Source: Yuukianura sp. NJ FZ-2021 (Eukaryota). From it: a stretch of DNA of 64,000 nucleotides. The position numbers and the translations under genes are program-made. The notes under the pieces are model-generated. The model saw nothing but the letters and a program-made list of their open reading frames with translations, did no database searches and had not been told where the DNA came from. The stretch spans positions 62,001 through 126,000 of the forward strand of contig CM102287.1 of the NCBI GenBank assembly GCA_046563655.1, read 5' to 3'. Each line of letters opens with the position of its first letter. The stretch's first letter is position 1. Below are positions 39,643-51,735 of the stretch, piece after piece.

Positions 39643-41499
39643 TTAACAAAGTATCGATGGCGCAAGTAACTTTTTTCCCTTAAAAACTTTGTATTTAGCA
39701 AAGTAGCGAAAGTGTAGAGTATTTCTTCATTGTATTTGTATTCACAAAAACTTTGGAAATTACTGAAATAGTTTGCGCACCCTCATTAAACTGTTGCAAC
39801 TGCTTTGAAAATTTTCAGTTGACATTGACGAAAAGAACTGAAAATTATTTAATATAAACCAATTAGTCAAAGTACACATCCAGCCTCACTAAACCTAGAG
39901 AAGGGCCAAAGAGGGGAAGGGGCAGGGGGCCCTTTCAGAATTCAATGTCAACTTGATTCAGAGAACCTGTTGGGTATTGCGGGCTAACCAAGTATGTGTT
40001 GAATTGATGATGGTTTTGATTTCTTAATTGATTTGTTTATTTCTCAAATTATTAATTAAAACTAATACTTAAACAAGGTAGGGCAATGCTCAAGGGTTGA
40101 GCATAGGTCTTCTGGAGGAGTAGACAATTGATATGACTCAACCCGGTCGGCTCAAAACCGTTCAACAATTACCATAAGAAACCGTTTTAAGGTGTGCGAA
40201 CACCCTGGAAACGGGGGGTCAAAATGCGGCTGTAACTCATCAAATGGAAAATGGTCTGGATCAGCGTAGGAAGGTCGTACAATGACCAACAATATATCAA
40301 ACTTTAGGAAAAGACTTGATCTAGTACCCTGCCCGAGCAAATTACAAAATTTTAGTTCTATCTATGTAAATATGGAGGTGGAATGTTTGGGTCAATTTTT
40401 TTCACAGTTAGAACTAAGAAAGGGCCCACTTTTTTAAGCCACTCTGCACTGAACGTTTTTCGCTACTTTCGAGAGTGTTTCTTTTTGTCGATGTCTGCAA
40501 CTTTTACTAACTGCACAAGCTCGGTTATCGTGGTTACTAAATTTAACGACAATTGTTTATTAGACGCATAACACACGTCCTTAATGACATTCTTCTAAAC
40601 AGCGCTAATAATTTTCAGCGCGGATATGAAGGTCTATTTTGTGCATGAGTTGCCTGCATCATAACTACGTTGATAATTTTACTGTTTAATTGCACCAAAA
40701 TCATTTTCCAGTTGTAAGTTCCAAAACATCTGCACTGAAATGATGTTCATATTTTTTTATTTAACACTTTTTATGAAAACACAAAAAAAAATCTGTGATG
40801 AATTTTACAACTTACACCTGCCATTATTGGCAGGTTGAGAGATTTAAGAAATGTCGTTAATTTTTATATTTTAACCTTAATATTTTTTGTTGAGTAAAAT
40901 GCACAAATGTCAATGTTGTCATGACAATATAGCAAACACAGTGTTAACATAGCTGCACTAAAATTATGGGTGTTAAACAAGTTGCACAACTGTTCCGCAA
41001 CTTGCTACGTAAAATGGTTTGCTTATAATGCACATTGTTTATGATAAATGTGCAATTGTTCTCAAATATGCACAAATTGCTAATATTAACGTCCACAACC
41101 CAACGTTAAAATAACTGCCCAATTCGACATTTGTGCATCTTACTTAAGTGTGCACAAAATTAAACGTTGAGTGGCAGGCGCCGAATATAGCTTTTTTAAA
41201 ATCAAAATTATAAAAATTTCTCAAGAAGGCAAATGAGAACCCTGCCAAGCACCGTTTACGTATTACGAACTTCAAGCCGTAATTTCTACCCTCTAACTAG
41301 GCTTAATTTAACAACGTAATTAAACTAACTGTCAGAAAATGACCAGATCAAAACTTCGTTGTTTAAATATATTTTGAGTACAATCGAGACCAAAACTGTT
41401 TTGCGGAGCCACGATACTGCGGGTACGTAAAGTAGCCGCCAACTTTTACGTTGTTAATTTAACACTTTGAGTGCAATGTAGACCTACTGAAAACTCTTG

Positions 41500-41643
41500 A
41501 GCCATACATAACCCCCCGACTGCGATGGGGCTAATGTTTCAGTGCAATGAGTCCTAAAAAACGTGACAGACAGACAGACGGACAAAGTCGTATCAATAGT
41601 CTTCTTCAGCACGTCGTAGACGTGCGTCTCCAGAAGACTAAAA
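41500..41643 (+). mobile_element. 3' end of a Helentron/HINE (DINE-1-like) element
   Basis: (GACA)nGACGGAC followed by terminal hairpin TAGTCTTC..GCACGTC-GTA-GACGTGC..GAAGACTA. A similar GACA tract lies at ~38475. Confidence 0.5.
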
Positions 41644-42059
41644 CAAATAAAAAAAAAATTTAAAAAAAATTTAAAAATAAAATCTGGGTTTCGAACTCGC
41701 GTCTTTTTCTTTCTGTCTATTTTCTGAACTGTATCTCTGTACCACTTCACAAATAAGGCAGTGTTGTAAATCTTCAAAAAAAAAGAACTCATGAACTTCA
41801 CACTGTAAGTTGAGTTTACATTTTTGCTTGTTGTAAGATTTCAACAAAAAGAATGGGATGGCGCTTGAGTTGGATTTTACAAAGAACGGGTGACTTCTTC
41901 ATCTCTGTTTCTTTTCGTCTTTTGTTTCTCAACAATTCAAAAACATTACCACAGCTGTTGCGAACAAAACAAAAGCAAATCAGTGTTAAAAACATTAAGT
42001 TGTTTTTCAAAAAAAAAATCAAGACTTCATCGTCCAAAAAAAAAATACAACGCATCAAA

Positions 42060-43205
42060 ATGCTGGTAAGTCCTGATCGCTTATAATTTCATTCGTTCAC
42101 TCGTACGGAAAGCATTACAAATAACTGTCGGACTTTCAGAATGTATTCGATGACCCTATTCGTGACCCGGATTTTGACGGAGAAGGAGTCGCGGTCGAAT
42201 CGGTAAGTTTTTTTTGTCTCATTTTTTTTTCAATTTTAAATTAAACAGAAAATTTTGAAAATTTAGCCAAGTGATTATACTTTGCGCCCGGCTCCTGCGG
42301 AAGAGACGCCTGGTCCAAGTGGTCGGACAAACGAGTACTGGGCCCTTCTGAAACAACAACGCCATACACTTGACAAGTATCACCTTCTCAACATTACCGC
42401 CGTGTTTGCCACCCGCCGGCACTACGAATGCGGGTATCGTGAAGAAGTAGACGAACAAAATGAAAAAAAAATGAAAAAACAACACGACGAAGAGATGTTC
42501 GTAGGTTATGGGGACAAAGAACGTCGACTACTATCCGTGAGTGATTAATTTAAAATTATTTTCAGTTTTCAGAATTCCAATTTTGGCTTTCGTTTTCTGT
42601 AGATTCAGATGGATTAAAATTCCATCGGACATGCCACCGGAACTGAAGAGCAAAGTTTAACATGCTACGTCGGAGAGAGTATGGAACAACTCTTGCGCAG
42701 TCGGCCGTTGAAGTGCCAGGGAAACAATTTCAATATATGCAACTTGGGTTCAAAAAGAGAATTGTGGTAATATAAGCCAAAGTTTTTTTTTTTGGAAATC
42801 CTGATTTGAATTTTATGTTTTTTTTAGCCTCAATTCAGCAACACTTACGTGTGCTCCTCTTGTCGCTGCTGCTTTGCAACTAAGGACTTATACCGATCGC
42901 ATCGTTGTTGTTTTACGCAAAGTGTAGCCATCCAAACGGATGCACAAGACGTGCTGGATTCTCAACCCCCACCTATTGACTACTCATCTCTGTTCTGCGA
43001 GGGATGTCGGATGTCGTTTAAGCGGAAATTTACGTTCAAGCGACATTGTGAAAACATACACCCCAGGCGGTCTAATCCCGCCAAAGAGTACAAGTTTCAA
43101 TGCCGCTGTCGTGATTACCAAACTGACCGCAATGACAATTATCTCCGCCATGTCAGAAGATGTAAAGTAGTGTTGGGGGTTCAGTGCCACATTATACTTT
43201 ACTAA
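42060..43205 (+). CDS. Multi-exon C2H2 zinc-finger protein (exon structure only partly resolved)
   Basis: ATGCTG|GTAAGT start and several GT-AG introns; last exon FCEGCRMSFKRKFTFKRHCENIH and FQCRC.DYQT.R.DNYLRH.RRC. Confidence 0.55.
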
Positions 43206-43430
43206 CTTCAATAAAATTTTGGAATTAAATATAATTACTATTTTAAGCTTTTTATTCAATGACATAAAAATTCCATTATTGTAAAAATTGTTGTAAAATA
43301 CAATCTTGAAAAGTAAAAGCACTTTTAAAGCAAAGGAAAGGCTTTAGGGTGTTTTGAATATGAGCTAAAGTGGTTCTTAGTTGAATTGAAATGAAAGAGG
43401 ATAATAAGATGAGAAGGAGATGGGGAGTTG

Positions 43431-43535
43431 TGTGAGGTGCAAGTTGCACCTCACAGAAGCTTATGGGAGATTTTTAAAGGCTACTAAAGAATGCATCAAA
43501 TTGGTTTTTGTGTGAGGTGCAAGTTGCACCTCACA
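43431..43535. repeat. Two perfect 25-nt palindromes TGTGAGGTGCAA-G-TTGCACCTCACA, 80 nt apart
   Basis: 43431-43455 and 43511-43535. Confidence 0.95.
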
Positions 43536-43583
43536 GTGACTTATGGGAAATTTGGACTCTAATTTCTGTATGTTGGTCAAGTC

Positions 43584-44220
43584 CTAAAGTGAGCTTTCAT
43601 GTGTAGTGAAAGCCTGCATTTGAAGAGCAGCTTCGCCCCTCTGGAGTTGGTCACTAAGGGGCCTTGGTCGTCGACGGCGCCTCACGATACGAGTGACCAT
43701 ATAGGCTGCAATGGCCAGGAGCAAGCCCACTTAATAACAGATTTATTAAATTAGAATTCCGATACAATATTCATAATTTACGAGTTATAGCTTACCGGTA
43801 ATGATAGTCAAGACAATGTTCAATTCCGTTGCAGCTTGAATTGAAGGTTCAGGGACATCCGGGGTCAGCGTGGCCGGTGGGTCCGTCACTGGTGGCTCCG
43901 TGGTTGGTGGTTCCGTCGTTGGTAGTTCCGTCGTTGGTGGTTCCGTCGTTGGTGGCTCAGTGGTCGTCGTCGTCGGGATATTACGACAAGCTTCCCAGTT
44001 GGGAGGGTTTACATTAAAGGTGTATCCCCTTGCAGTTCCTTCCAATCCACAAAATGTCCTCTCCTGTCCAGTCCGATTAAATTCGAAGAACGCACATCCC
44101 ATCATGACACATTGGACGCACCTCCATAATGCATGACAAGCGGCTGAGAAAAAAAATAGAAATCAAGATTTAAATTCAAATTGACTAAAGGTTAAAAAGT
44201 TTTTGTAAAAACTTACGCAT
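43584..44220 (-). CDS. Small single-pass membrane protein: Cys-containing head, (EPPTT)n mucin-like stalk, TM, poly-Arg; 2 introns
   Basis: Spliced reading MPACHALWRCVQC...PTTEPPTTE...IVLTIIT|VGLLLAIAAYMVTRIVRRRRRP. Confidence 0.7.
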
Positions 44221-44451
44221 GATTGTTTGATTCTTTTGTTGAGCGCTGTTGGAGACTGGAAGCTAAACTGACAATGTTTGCAGAGATCTGTTTGTGAGAA
44301 GTTCAGTAGAGCTAAACTTTTGAAAGCTATTGATGATTTCGCAATTGATCTTTTGGAACTTTTAAGACACTCGAATTACAAAGACATAAAATCATGAGCG
44401 TCTAGACATTCTTTAAAGATGAGTTTATTTGTAGCTCCCAATTCTAAAAGT

Positions 44452-47400
44452 CTAATTATTTTTCAAATCATAATCAACTATAGTGTCAATACGCTTGTCT
44501 CCAAAGGGAAGGGAAATTGTGTTTGACACAAAAAATCTTGATGCGTTGATGCTGGAGGTGAGGGATGAGCGGTTACTTGTGACAACTAACATTTGGTCTT
44601 GTAAAATTTTCACCGTAGAAATTTTTACTTTCTTCAAAGCCTCTCCATGCTCAACTACGCGCTTAAAATCAGCGTGCCTCAGATCCTTGGCCTCTGTTTT
44701 CGGAATTCCGCCCGCTTTCAGAATGTTGGATTGTCCATGTGCTGAATCAATTTCCATGGAATATTGGGAACAGGAAGTAGAGTAAAATTCTTTGATTCCT
44801 TCAGCTTGAATCTTCAAGAGTCCAGGTATTCCTGCCCGAGAAGCATCATAGAGTTCGGATGACGGCAGTAGATTAGAAAAGTCGAAGCGATTCGAAAGTC
44901 GTTTCAGACCAGCCACGTATTCGGCTCTGCTGCAGTGGATTTCAGCAACTATGCTGTCAGTATGAGTCATCACATGATGGCACCTGTCCCCAAACTCACG
45001 TTTTAGTCCGTCATAGTAGTGTGAGTAGAGCATAATTTTTGCATTTGAAAGTATTGCAAGTCCAATCATGCGCAGATTGTAATCGGTGATTTCTCCTTTT
45101 GAAAAGTCAAAAAGCGCAGTGTCTTCGTCCAAAATCTCGAACGACTTGAAAGTTGCTTTCGCAAGTTCTGCTTTCGCTTCCACCGAAGATCTGATGGTCT
45201 TTGAACGTACGTAATCTGCATTGTTTTTCAGCATCTGCCCATAAAGCGAGTTGTTTAAAAGCTTCCGAAGTTGTTTTTGAAGAGGAAACTTTGCTTGGTT
45301 TCTTGCTATAACATTGCTAGCTGCAAAATTTGCAAAAATCGGAGACTCCCGAAATCGAACTACTGAATAGTACTTTGTTTTACTTTTGTACTTTTGCGCC
45401 ATGGTCAATCATGAATTTGAGGTACTTTCCGTAGTAGACTTGTCGTATTTTTTTGTAGAGAGTCAGAAGCACTCGCTCTTGTTCAATGTTTGTTTTTTCT
45501 CCCAAACTCTCCCGCTGGAATGGAGAAAGCTCTTGAGCAGAAACCTTGAGTCTCTGTTGCGGGAAGGGAAAGTCTGAAAGGAACTCTTTCACTGCTTCAC
45601 TTTGATATTCAAGGTCGACTTCAAAGAGGTAACCCCAGCCTTCGTCAAAATCTGGTTTGTTGAAATCAAACTTCATGATCTCTTCTGCTCTCAATTTTTT
45701 GTTGTCTCCGCACGGTAAATTACCCAAGAAGCACTTGCTGTAGCAGGAGTTAATGCCCGCATATAAAATTATTTTTTGTGGAAGGGTATGGTCATAGTTG
45801 GACAGCTCCTCATTGTTGGCAATAGACTTCAACTTTGTAACTTGAATCACAGGGCCAATAATTCCTCGTGTAATTAGTTTTGAAATTTCTTCGTCCGTGA
45901 CGGCTTGAATTACACACTTTTCCATTAGGAATGCGGCTTCTCTTGAAAATGAAGAAATGCTCCAAAAGGAAGCCAGATCCAAATGAAACTCTTTCCAATA
46001 TTCGTTTCGAATCGCTACGAAAACGTCTGCCGTTAGAGCAGCGACACTGTTAAGTTTGTGCCGAACTATGGCTTCCAAGGAGAGTTGTTTCCAAGAGTCA
46101 GGAAGTTGGAATTTACTCGAACCTTCTAGACTCACGAACGGCACGGATTGGTTTTCGAAAAAATTATCAACCGATGAAAATTCGGGGAGAATGTCGTCTG
46201 CGGCACTTAGTGTAGCGTCGGGAGAAAGTTGTTGGCCAAAAATTTGTTGAAAGATTGGGAATCCAATGCCTGACATCTTCAGCTCCTGTACAAGTTCTGA
46301 GAGATTAGAGTCTGGACGAAAATTTTGAAAATCCACAAATTTGACCCCAAAGTAAAGGTCATACTTTTGTTTACAAATGGTTTTTCTCAAGTCCATGCCT
46401 ATTGTATTGCCTTCCTTTCTACGAATTGGCGTGGCAATTCCATGTTCATCTTTTACGCATTTTAGCAAAAGATTAAACTCATTCTTTTCACAAAATGCAA
46501 TCGCTGTAATACGGTTCTTTGGTTTGATTTCCAAGTTGCAGTTTGTGCAACAGGTTTGCATCTTCTCTCCTGTGAAATGGTTATGGTGGTAAGCTTTAAG
46601 CACGGAATCGTCGTTAAATTGCTTTCCACAAATTTCGCAATGTGTGGCTTGTAGAAAAAGCCTTTCCTGTTCTTCTGTCATCGGAAGCATCTTGTTTGTA
46701 AATTTAATTTCGTCTAGCTTCATCTTGGCCATTTCCATTGCAGTTTTAAAGAAAATATCCACACAATCTCTTCCAATGTAAGAGTGGCGGTCTACGTGGC
46801 CTGTTTCACATACACTCAGTAGACTGAATCCAACTGGAACCTTTTCTGTAACACTGATACATTCTTGTCCAATGGTCATCGGAGTTTGTACAGAAATGTA
46901 GAAAAATTTGTAGAAAAAAATGTAAGGAGCTTTTAGGAGGGCATCAAACTTTCGAAATTTCACAATGTCATTCGTAGGAGCTTTTACTTTTACAGAGTTT
47001 TCACCACACGTATGGTTTAAGGAAGACCAAGTCCTAGAATCAAAACGTTTTTGACAAACGGGACAAAACTGATGCCTGAAATGACCATGCTTTCCGAGTG
47101 CCGAAATGTCCCGAATGCAAACATAGTGATGTTCTTCTCGTTCTGGGTGCTTGATAAGGAGGAGATTGACGTGATATGCCCTCTCAGTTTGAGGTGCCCT
47201 CCATAGAACAATTTCAGATCCCTGGTTTCCGTACACGGTTATGCTGAGGTCTGAGAATTTCTCTTCTACCAAGTCAATGTCCAAAAGAGAAACGTCAGGG
47301 CGAGGGAGAAAGCTCAAATCCATTCTCTCCAAGAAAGGTTCATAGCTTGCCGTTTTCTCCAAAATTGCTCTCTCAACTTTTGACTTTTGGTGATCCTTGA

Positions 47401-48316
47401 GCCCAAGGCAGTGACGCTTCATTGTTCCCAACTCCAAAATTTCATCTTCGTATAGTGCACATAGTACGCTCAATTGAAAGCAGTTGGAATTGGTATTTAT
47501 CGACAGCAGTCCGCGCCTGCGAGCCAATTCCTTTGGAATCGGAATGTAGCCCCGCCCCCGAACAACTGGATTCCACTGACCAATACCAATGTGGAGAGAA
47601 CGTAGCCGCAGAATCTGCCAATTGCTTCCGTTTTCTAGGTATAAGTTGAGGGCGTTGATGATGTATACACAAGAGTTTGTAACCACCCTTGAAATGAAGT
47701 CTGGATGAGAGAGGGGCATGAAGGGTGCTCCGATGGCGTCTCCGAGGTGAATGACATTGTGTGTGACCTCAATCATGTCAGCAATTAAAGTAAAGTTGAC
47801 TTTGACTCCGCTGAACTGCCCAATCACTGACTTCAGCAGCTTCCTGATGGGAAAGTCGAGGTTTTCAAAAACCGAGAGTACTTGACATTCGGTGGGTGGC
47901 TCAACGGGTGCAGAAAACAACTTCAGAGTCCCCTTCAGAGCATGCCGGATTTCTTTAAAAGGACGAATGTCCACCGTAGCGAGGTCATTGTTCGCTGTAC
48001 GGCCCATGCCTCTCTGAGGACAGGTTGGACGGTGAAGACTAGCCTCATCAAAGTACCCTCCACAAGAATTACAGCTATGTACCTGCATCAAAAGTGAAAC
48101 TTTCACATCTTTCCGCATGCCAGTACTAAGAGTAATGTCTTACAGTCTCCACATGGATGGCCATGGCCTTGTAGGTCGTGCATTTGAAAGTGCAGTGCAA
48201 CGTAGCACTTTGATAACCGCAACTAAACTACAAATAAAATTTTTTGTGAAACAACAATACTAAGATGACTTAGAATTTTTTTTTACCTCAGCTGCCCGTT
48301 TATTTGGAAAACTCAT
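44452..48316 (-). CDS. Divergent, catalytically degenerate pPolB-like protein; introns 48228-48286 and 48083-48143; one frameshift near 45385
   Basis: Collinear with Polinton pPolB (NGSNW, YIPIP, NCF..SVL, GIIG, GYLFEVDLEY, KLLNNSLYG, KAGGI, SLPFGD), but motif A reads YAGINSCY and motif C reads MTHTDS. Confidence 0.85.
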
Positions 48317-48524
48317 TTTATTCAAACACTAGTGCTTTAAAAAAAACGAAACTGAAAAGTTTGCAATTTTCTAAATAACAATTTTCTGGCTCAAACTTCG
48401 GACTGACGGGGGGATCGACGGAGGGCGACGTTAAATACGCTGCCGAATGTCCCGCGGGATTGGCTACCATGGCACTGACCTCCCAAACTCCACCCCAAGA
48501 CGTTTGCGACGGCGGCGGCAAAAG

Positions 48525-49059
48525 TCACGCAGGACAAGGCTGTGGATGAATAAAACAATTAATGTATATAGGCGACCAAACTATAAGGTGTAGCGTCATA
48601 CCCAGAATAGCTTGTAATACTGGAAGTTGGGAGGCGGGTTCGTATTTTTGTTGCTTCTTGCAGCCGGTCATTGCTCTCAATAAATTCGAAATGTCTTTTA
48701 GCGCCGTCCCATTGCTGATATTATCAGCAAACAACGTTCCATACACGATTCCATCCGTATCTTGCTTGTGCGAATCGCAATTGGCCGTGACATTAGTTGC
48801 GCCCATTATGAGTGTTCCCGGGAGGTTCCGGGTCAAGTCATTTGTGCAAAAAAAGTTTTGAATCGAATTGAAATGCCATCCTTTGATAAATACATGACCG
48901 CCAGAGATGCAGTTCCTACAGCGTTCTTGGAGAGTTTTTTGCTCTCCTGCTTCCAAAAAGAAAAGAATCACAAAAAATGACCCTGGAGAAGGAAATTGGT
49001 TACTTGCCTGATGACGCTGAGATTAGTAAACACAACACGAGGAAACTACAGAGAGCCAT
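48525..49059 (-). CDS. Putative secreted Cys-containing protein with hydrophobic C-terminus; probable GC-AG intron
   Basis: Signal-like MALCSFLVLCLLISASS; CAG|GCAAGT donor joined in frame to ...GCAG|GAGAG of the 48525-48971 ORF. Confidence 0.55.
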
Positions 49060-49209
49060 TACACTACTTGTTGACTCAAAATGAGTGAAATTGAAACAGG
49101 GTGATTTTTGATGCTCTTATTTCGCTAATCTAACCTTAACGTTCTCATTTGATTGCTCTCTGAAAACAATCAAATGGCGGGTCTAACACCCGCCCCACCC
49201 CACTTGACC

Positions 49210-50086
49210 TGAAACTTGACCCTTCTGGGTCCCTGGGACTCATATGACCTCAAAATGAACCAATGCCGCAGTTTTACTCTCTACCTTGCCTTCTACCTAG
49301 GTGGGGCCGGTCCCACCGGACCCACCTTAAATGACGCTTGAAAAATGAATGTCTAACTAACCGTCAAACCAATATAAGAAGGGAAGATTCCCTTACCTCT
49401 GTCAGCTACAGTCGGATCGGTGAAAGTGGCAGTGGCAGATGCGTGAGCTGTGGAGATGAAGCCGTGGAGATGCGTTTAGCTGTGAGACGTGGAGTTGAAG
49501 AATGACGAAAGATCTTCCCAAGAACAGTGTTTATTTGCAAAAGACTTAGTGTTTCGACCTTAGACCTTAAGTTGGAGAGAGAGAGTACTTGGCCAGAAGC
49601 TAATCTAGAAATGACTTAACGCTAACAAGTTGTTACTTATATTTATAACCTTACTCTTGACCCAGCTTGTCCTTCAACTGAGGGACGCTTAGCGACCTGA
49701 GTTCAAAGTTGGACGTTAATGACCAGGATCTATGATCCTGTTCTGTCATTAAAGTCCAAGATTGAACTAAGTTGTGGGACTATGCAAGTTGATTATCTGG
49801 GCACTTTGTATGAATGTCAACTTTTGATGAGTTGACATTCACATGTCTAACAAGTGTAAAACTTGTTAAACAAGCAACTTTGTTGCTTGCCCTCCCACTG
49901 ATCCGTCATGTCAAAGATCAATTGTCGTAAATCTTTGACATTTGATCCTCTTGAGAAAGAGGAAAAGAAGCTGAGTCTTTGCTTTCCTACTTGTTCTATT
50001 AAAACTAATGTTTATTTTACAATCGTCCGGTTTCGGCCCACCGGGAGATTTTAAAATCTCCGGGTGGCTCGAAATCCGGCGTTACA
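49210..50086 (-). repeat. 3' LTR (start exact, end approximate)
   Basis: Begins TGTAAC right after the PPT; TATAAATATAA at 49647-49637, TCATT initiator ~49614, AATAAA at 49535-49530. Candidate end ...GTTTCA at 49210 (alternative 49092). Confidence 0.7.
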
Positions 50087-50100
50087 TTATTCCCCAACTT
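50087..50100 (-). promoter_or_regulatory. Polypurine tract
   Basis: AAGTTGGGGAATAA abutting TGTAAC. Confidence 0.75.
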
Positions 50101-50307
50101 GACCTAAATCTACGTCCTCGTAGATTTTTAACCAGCTTATTTGAATAACAAACTTTACAACTCAACCTAAACATTGATTGTAGACCTGACCTATATCTTT
50201 GATGACATGAACTTGAAGCCTGAACTGGTAAAAGGAAATCATGATATTACCCTATTCAAGTATTTAAGTAAATCCATTTAGTAAGTATAGCGCACAAATG
50301 GAAAATT

Positions 50308-51735
50308 TTAAAAGAAGTTAAAAATGTCGTCAGGGTATGGCTTGTTCGGCTGACCATGGGGGTTTGTGTTGTTGGTGGCTGGCCAGCGGGGTTGATTGTC
50401 CGAGAGTCGTTGGACTGTTTCCTGGAGACCTTTGACCTGGGTTTGAAGTGTTTGGACCTGATGTTCCAGTGCAGAGATGCGAGCTCGGGAATCATCCTGG
50501 GTCCTCTGATAAGGGGTGACATGGTTCCGATTTCTTTCTCGGTATTGAGAATGTCCTGGCCAGCGATGTCCCTGGTGGTTACTGGGCTTCCTCGACATCA
50601 GTTCATTGTGTTCTGATTCTGCTTCCTTGCTGAGTTCCTCTAATGATGTCCATGTAATGATTGATTGGGCAGACAGATTGGCGTAAATGGGTTCCCCTGG
50701 CCGACGTGACAGATCGTGATCCAACATGCGGGTTACTGTTTCCATTATTTTTGCTTTGTCAAATTTGGCTCCGGGCGGTATTACAAGTTCATCCACCTTC
50801 CACTGAAACTGTTTACGTAATTTGTCATTGTTCTCGAGGCCACAATTTTCATAGAATTCCTCAAAGTTCCGCAGCGAGAGGTCGAACTGTTGTGCTAGGA
50901 AGTTGATGACTTCATAAAGCAATTCTTCATGTTGGGAACGGATAGTGATGTGTTGCCGGAATTTCGGAGTTGGAATTGGCAGTACCAACGTTTCGTTAGC
51001 GTCCTGAATCAGCTTTCGCAAAATTACTCCGCGAGTAGCCTGGAAGTTTGCTCGGATCTCGCTGGCAACTCCGTTCCATAACTGCATAATGGCAACAACG
51101 TGGTCCTGAAGATTCTTGACATGCGCATGTTCGGTGGGATGATAGCATGCGGAGTTCGGCAACTCGTAGTTGAATGTTTTTCGCAATCTTGTGGCAATGA
51201 ATTTTTGGCAAAGTCCCGAGAAGGTATCCTCAGTCGTGACGCCTGTACGAAAGAGTTTTGCTAAATCCAGAAAGCCAACGGGAAAAATATTCAAGTCTCT
51301 TCTCAGCATGATGGATTGTGATGCGCAGTCGTAGGCCACCTTTGGAATGGTTGGGCTCTCGAGCAATGTTCGAAGCACGAGGATGGATTTGTCGGTTAGA
51401 TGTCGCACGTTGAGAACAAAGCCGGTGATGCATGTTAGAATGAGTATAGTCACGGTTTCTCCCAAATACGTATTCGGATTTTCTCGGCAGCTCACAAAAA
51501 CGAGGTCCTGGGACATGGCTTGACGAATCAACCAAGCGGCTGCTCCATCGTCACTGACAGTGGTGTGTCTCCAGCCAGATTCTTTTTCCGGAGCTCGGAA
51601 CTGAAGTAGTCTCTGTGTCAGCTTTCCCTCATTTACTGCAGCAAGGCGTTCTGCATGGTCGCTCTTTTCGGGAAAATTTTCGGTGACATTCAAGGCTTGT
51701 CGTTTTTCGTAATAGATACTGCTGGATGTCGCCAT
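50308..51735 (-). CDS. DEDDy/RNase D-like 3'-5' exonuclease-fold protein, apparently inactive, with C-terminal coiled coil
   Basis: LRTLLESPTIPKVAYDC....MLRRDLNI..VGFLDLAKL...SGLCQKF....L.K matches the WRN/EXD/Mut-7/Egalitarian family; ExoI region reads VFVSCRE. Confidence 0.75.
   Translation of the reverse strand: MATSSSIYYEKRQALNVTENFPEKSDHAERLAAVNEGKLTQRLLQFRAPEKESGWRHTTVSDDGAAAWLIRQAMSQDLVFVSCRENPNTYLGETVTILILTCITGFVLNVRHLTDKSILVLRTLLESPTIPKVAYDCASQSIMLRRDLNIFPVGFLDLAKLFRTGVTTEDTFSGLCQKFIATRLRKTFNYELPNSACYHPTEHAHVKNLQDHVVAIMQLWNGVASEIRANFQATRGVILRKLIQDANETLVLPIPTPKFRQHITIRSQHEELLYEVINFLAQQFDLSLRNFEEFYENCGLENNDKLRKQFQWKVDELVIPPGAKFDKAKIMETVTRMLDHDLSRRPGEPIYANLSAQSIITWTSLEELSKEAESEHNELMSRKPSNHQGHRWPGHSQYRERNRNHVTPYQRTQDDSRARISALEHQVQTLQTQVKGLQETVQRLSDNQPRWPATNNTNPHGQPNKPYPDDIFNFF

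Noticed and set aside
39890..41305. Possible TIR element bounded by AACCTAG...CTAGGCTT
   Set aside because: Terminal match too short and imperfect, no coding remnant; cannot be supported without other copies.
10703..48316. Both pPolB genes belonging to one giant element
   Set aside because: They are separated by an assembly gap, a LINE and the host eIF3c gene.
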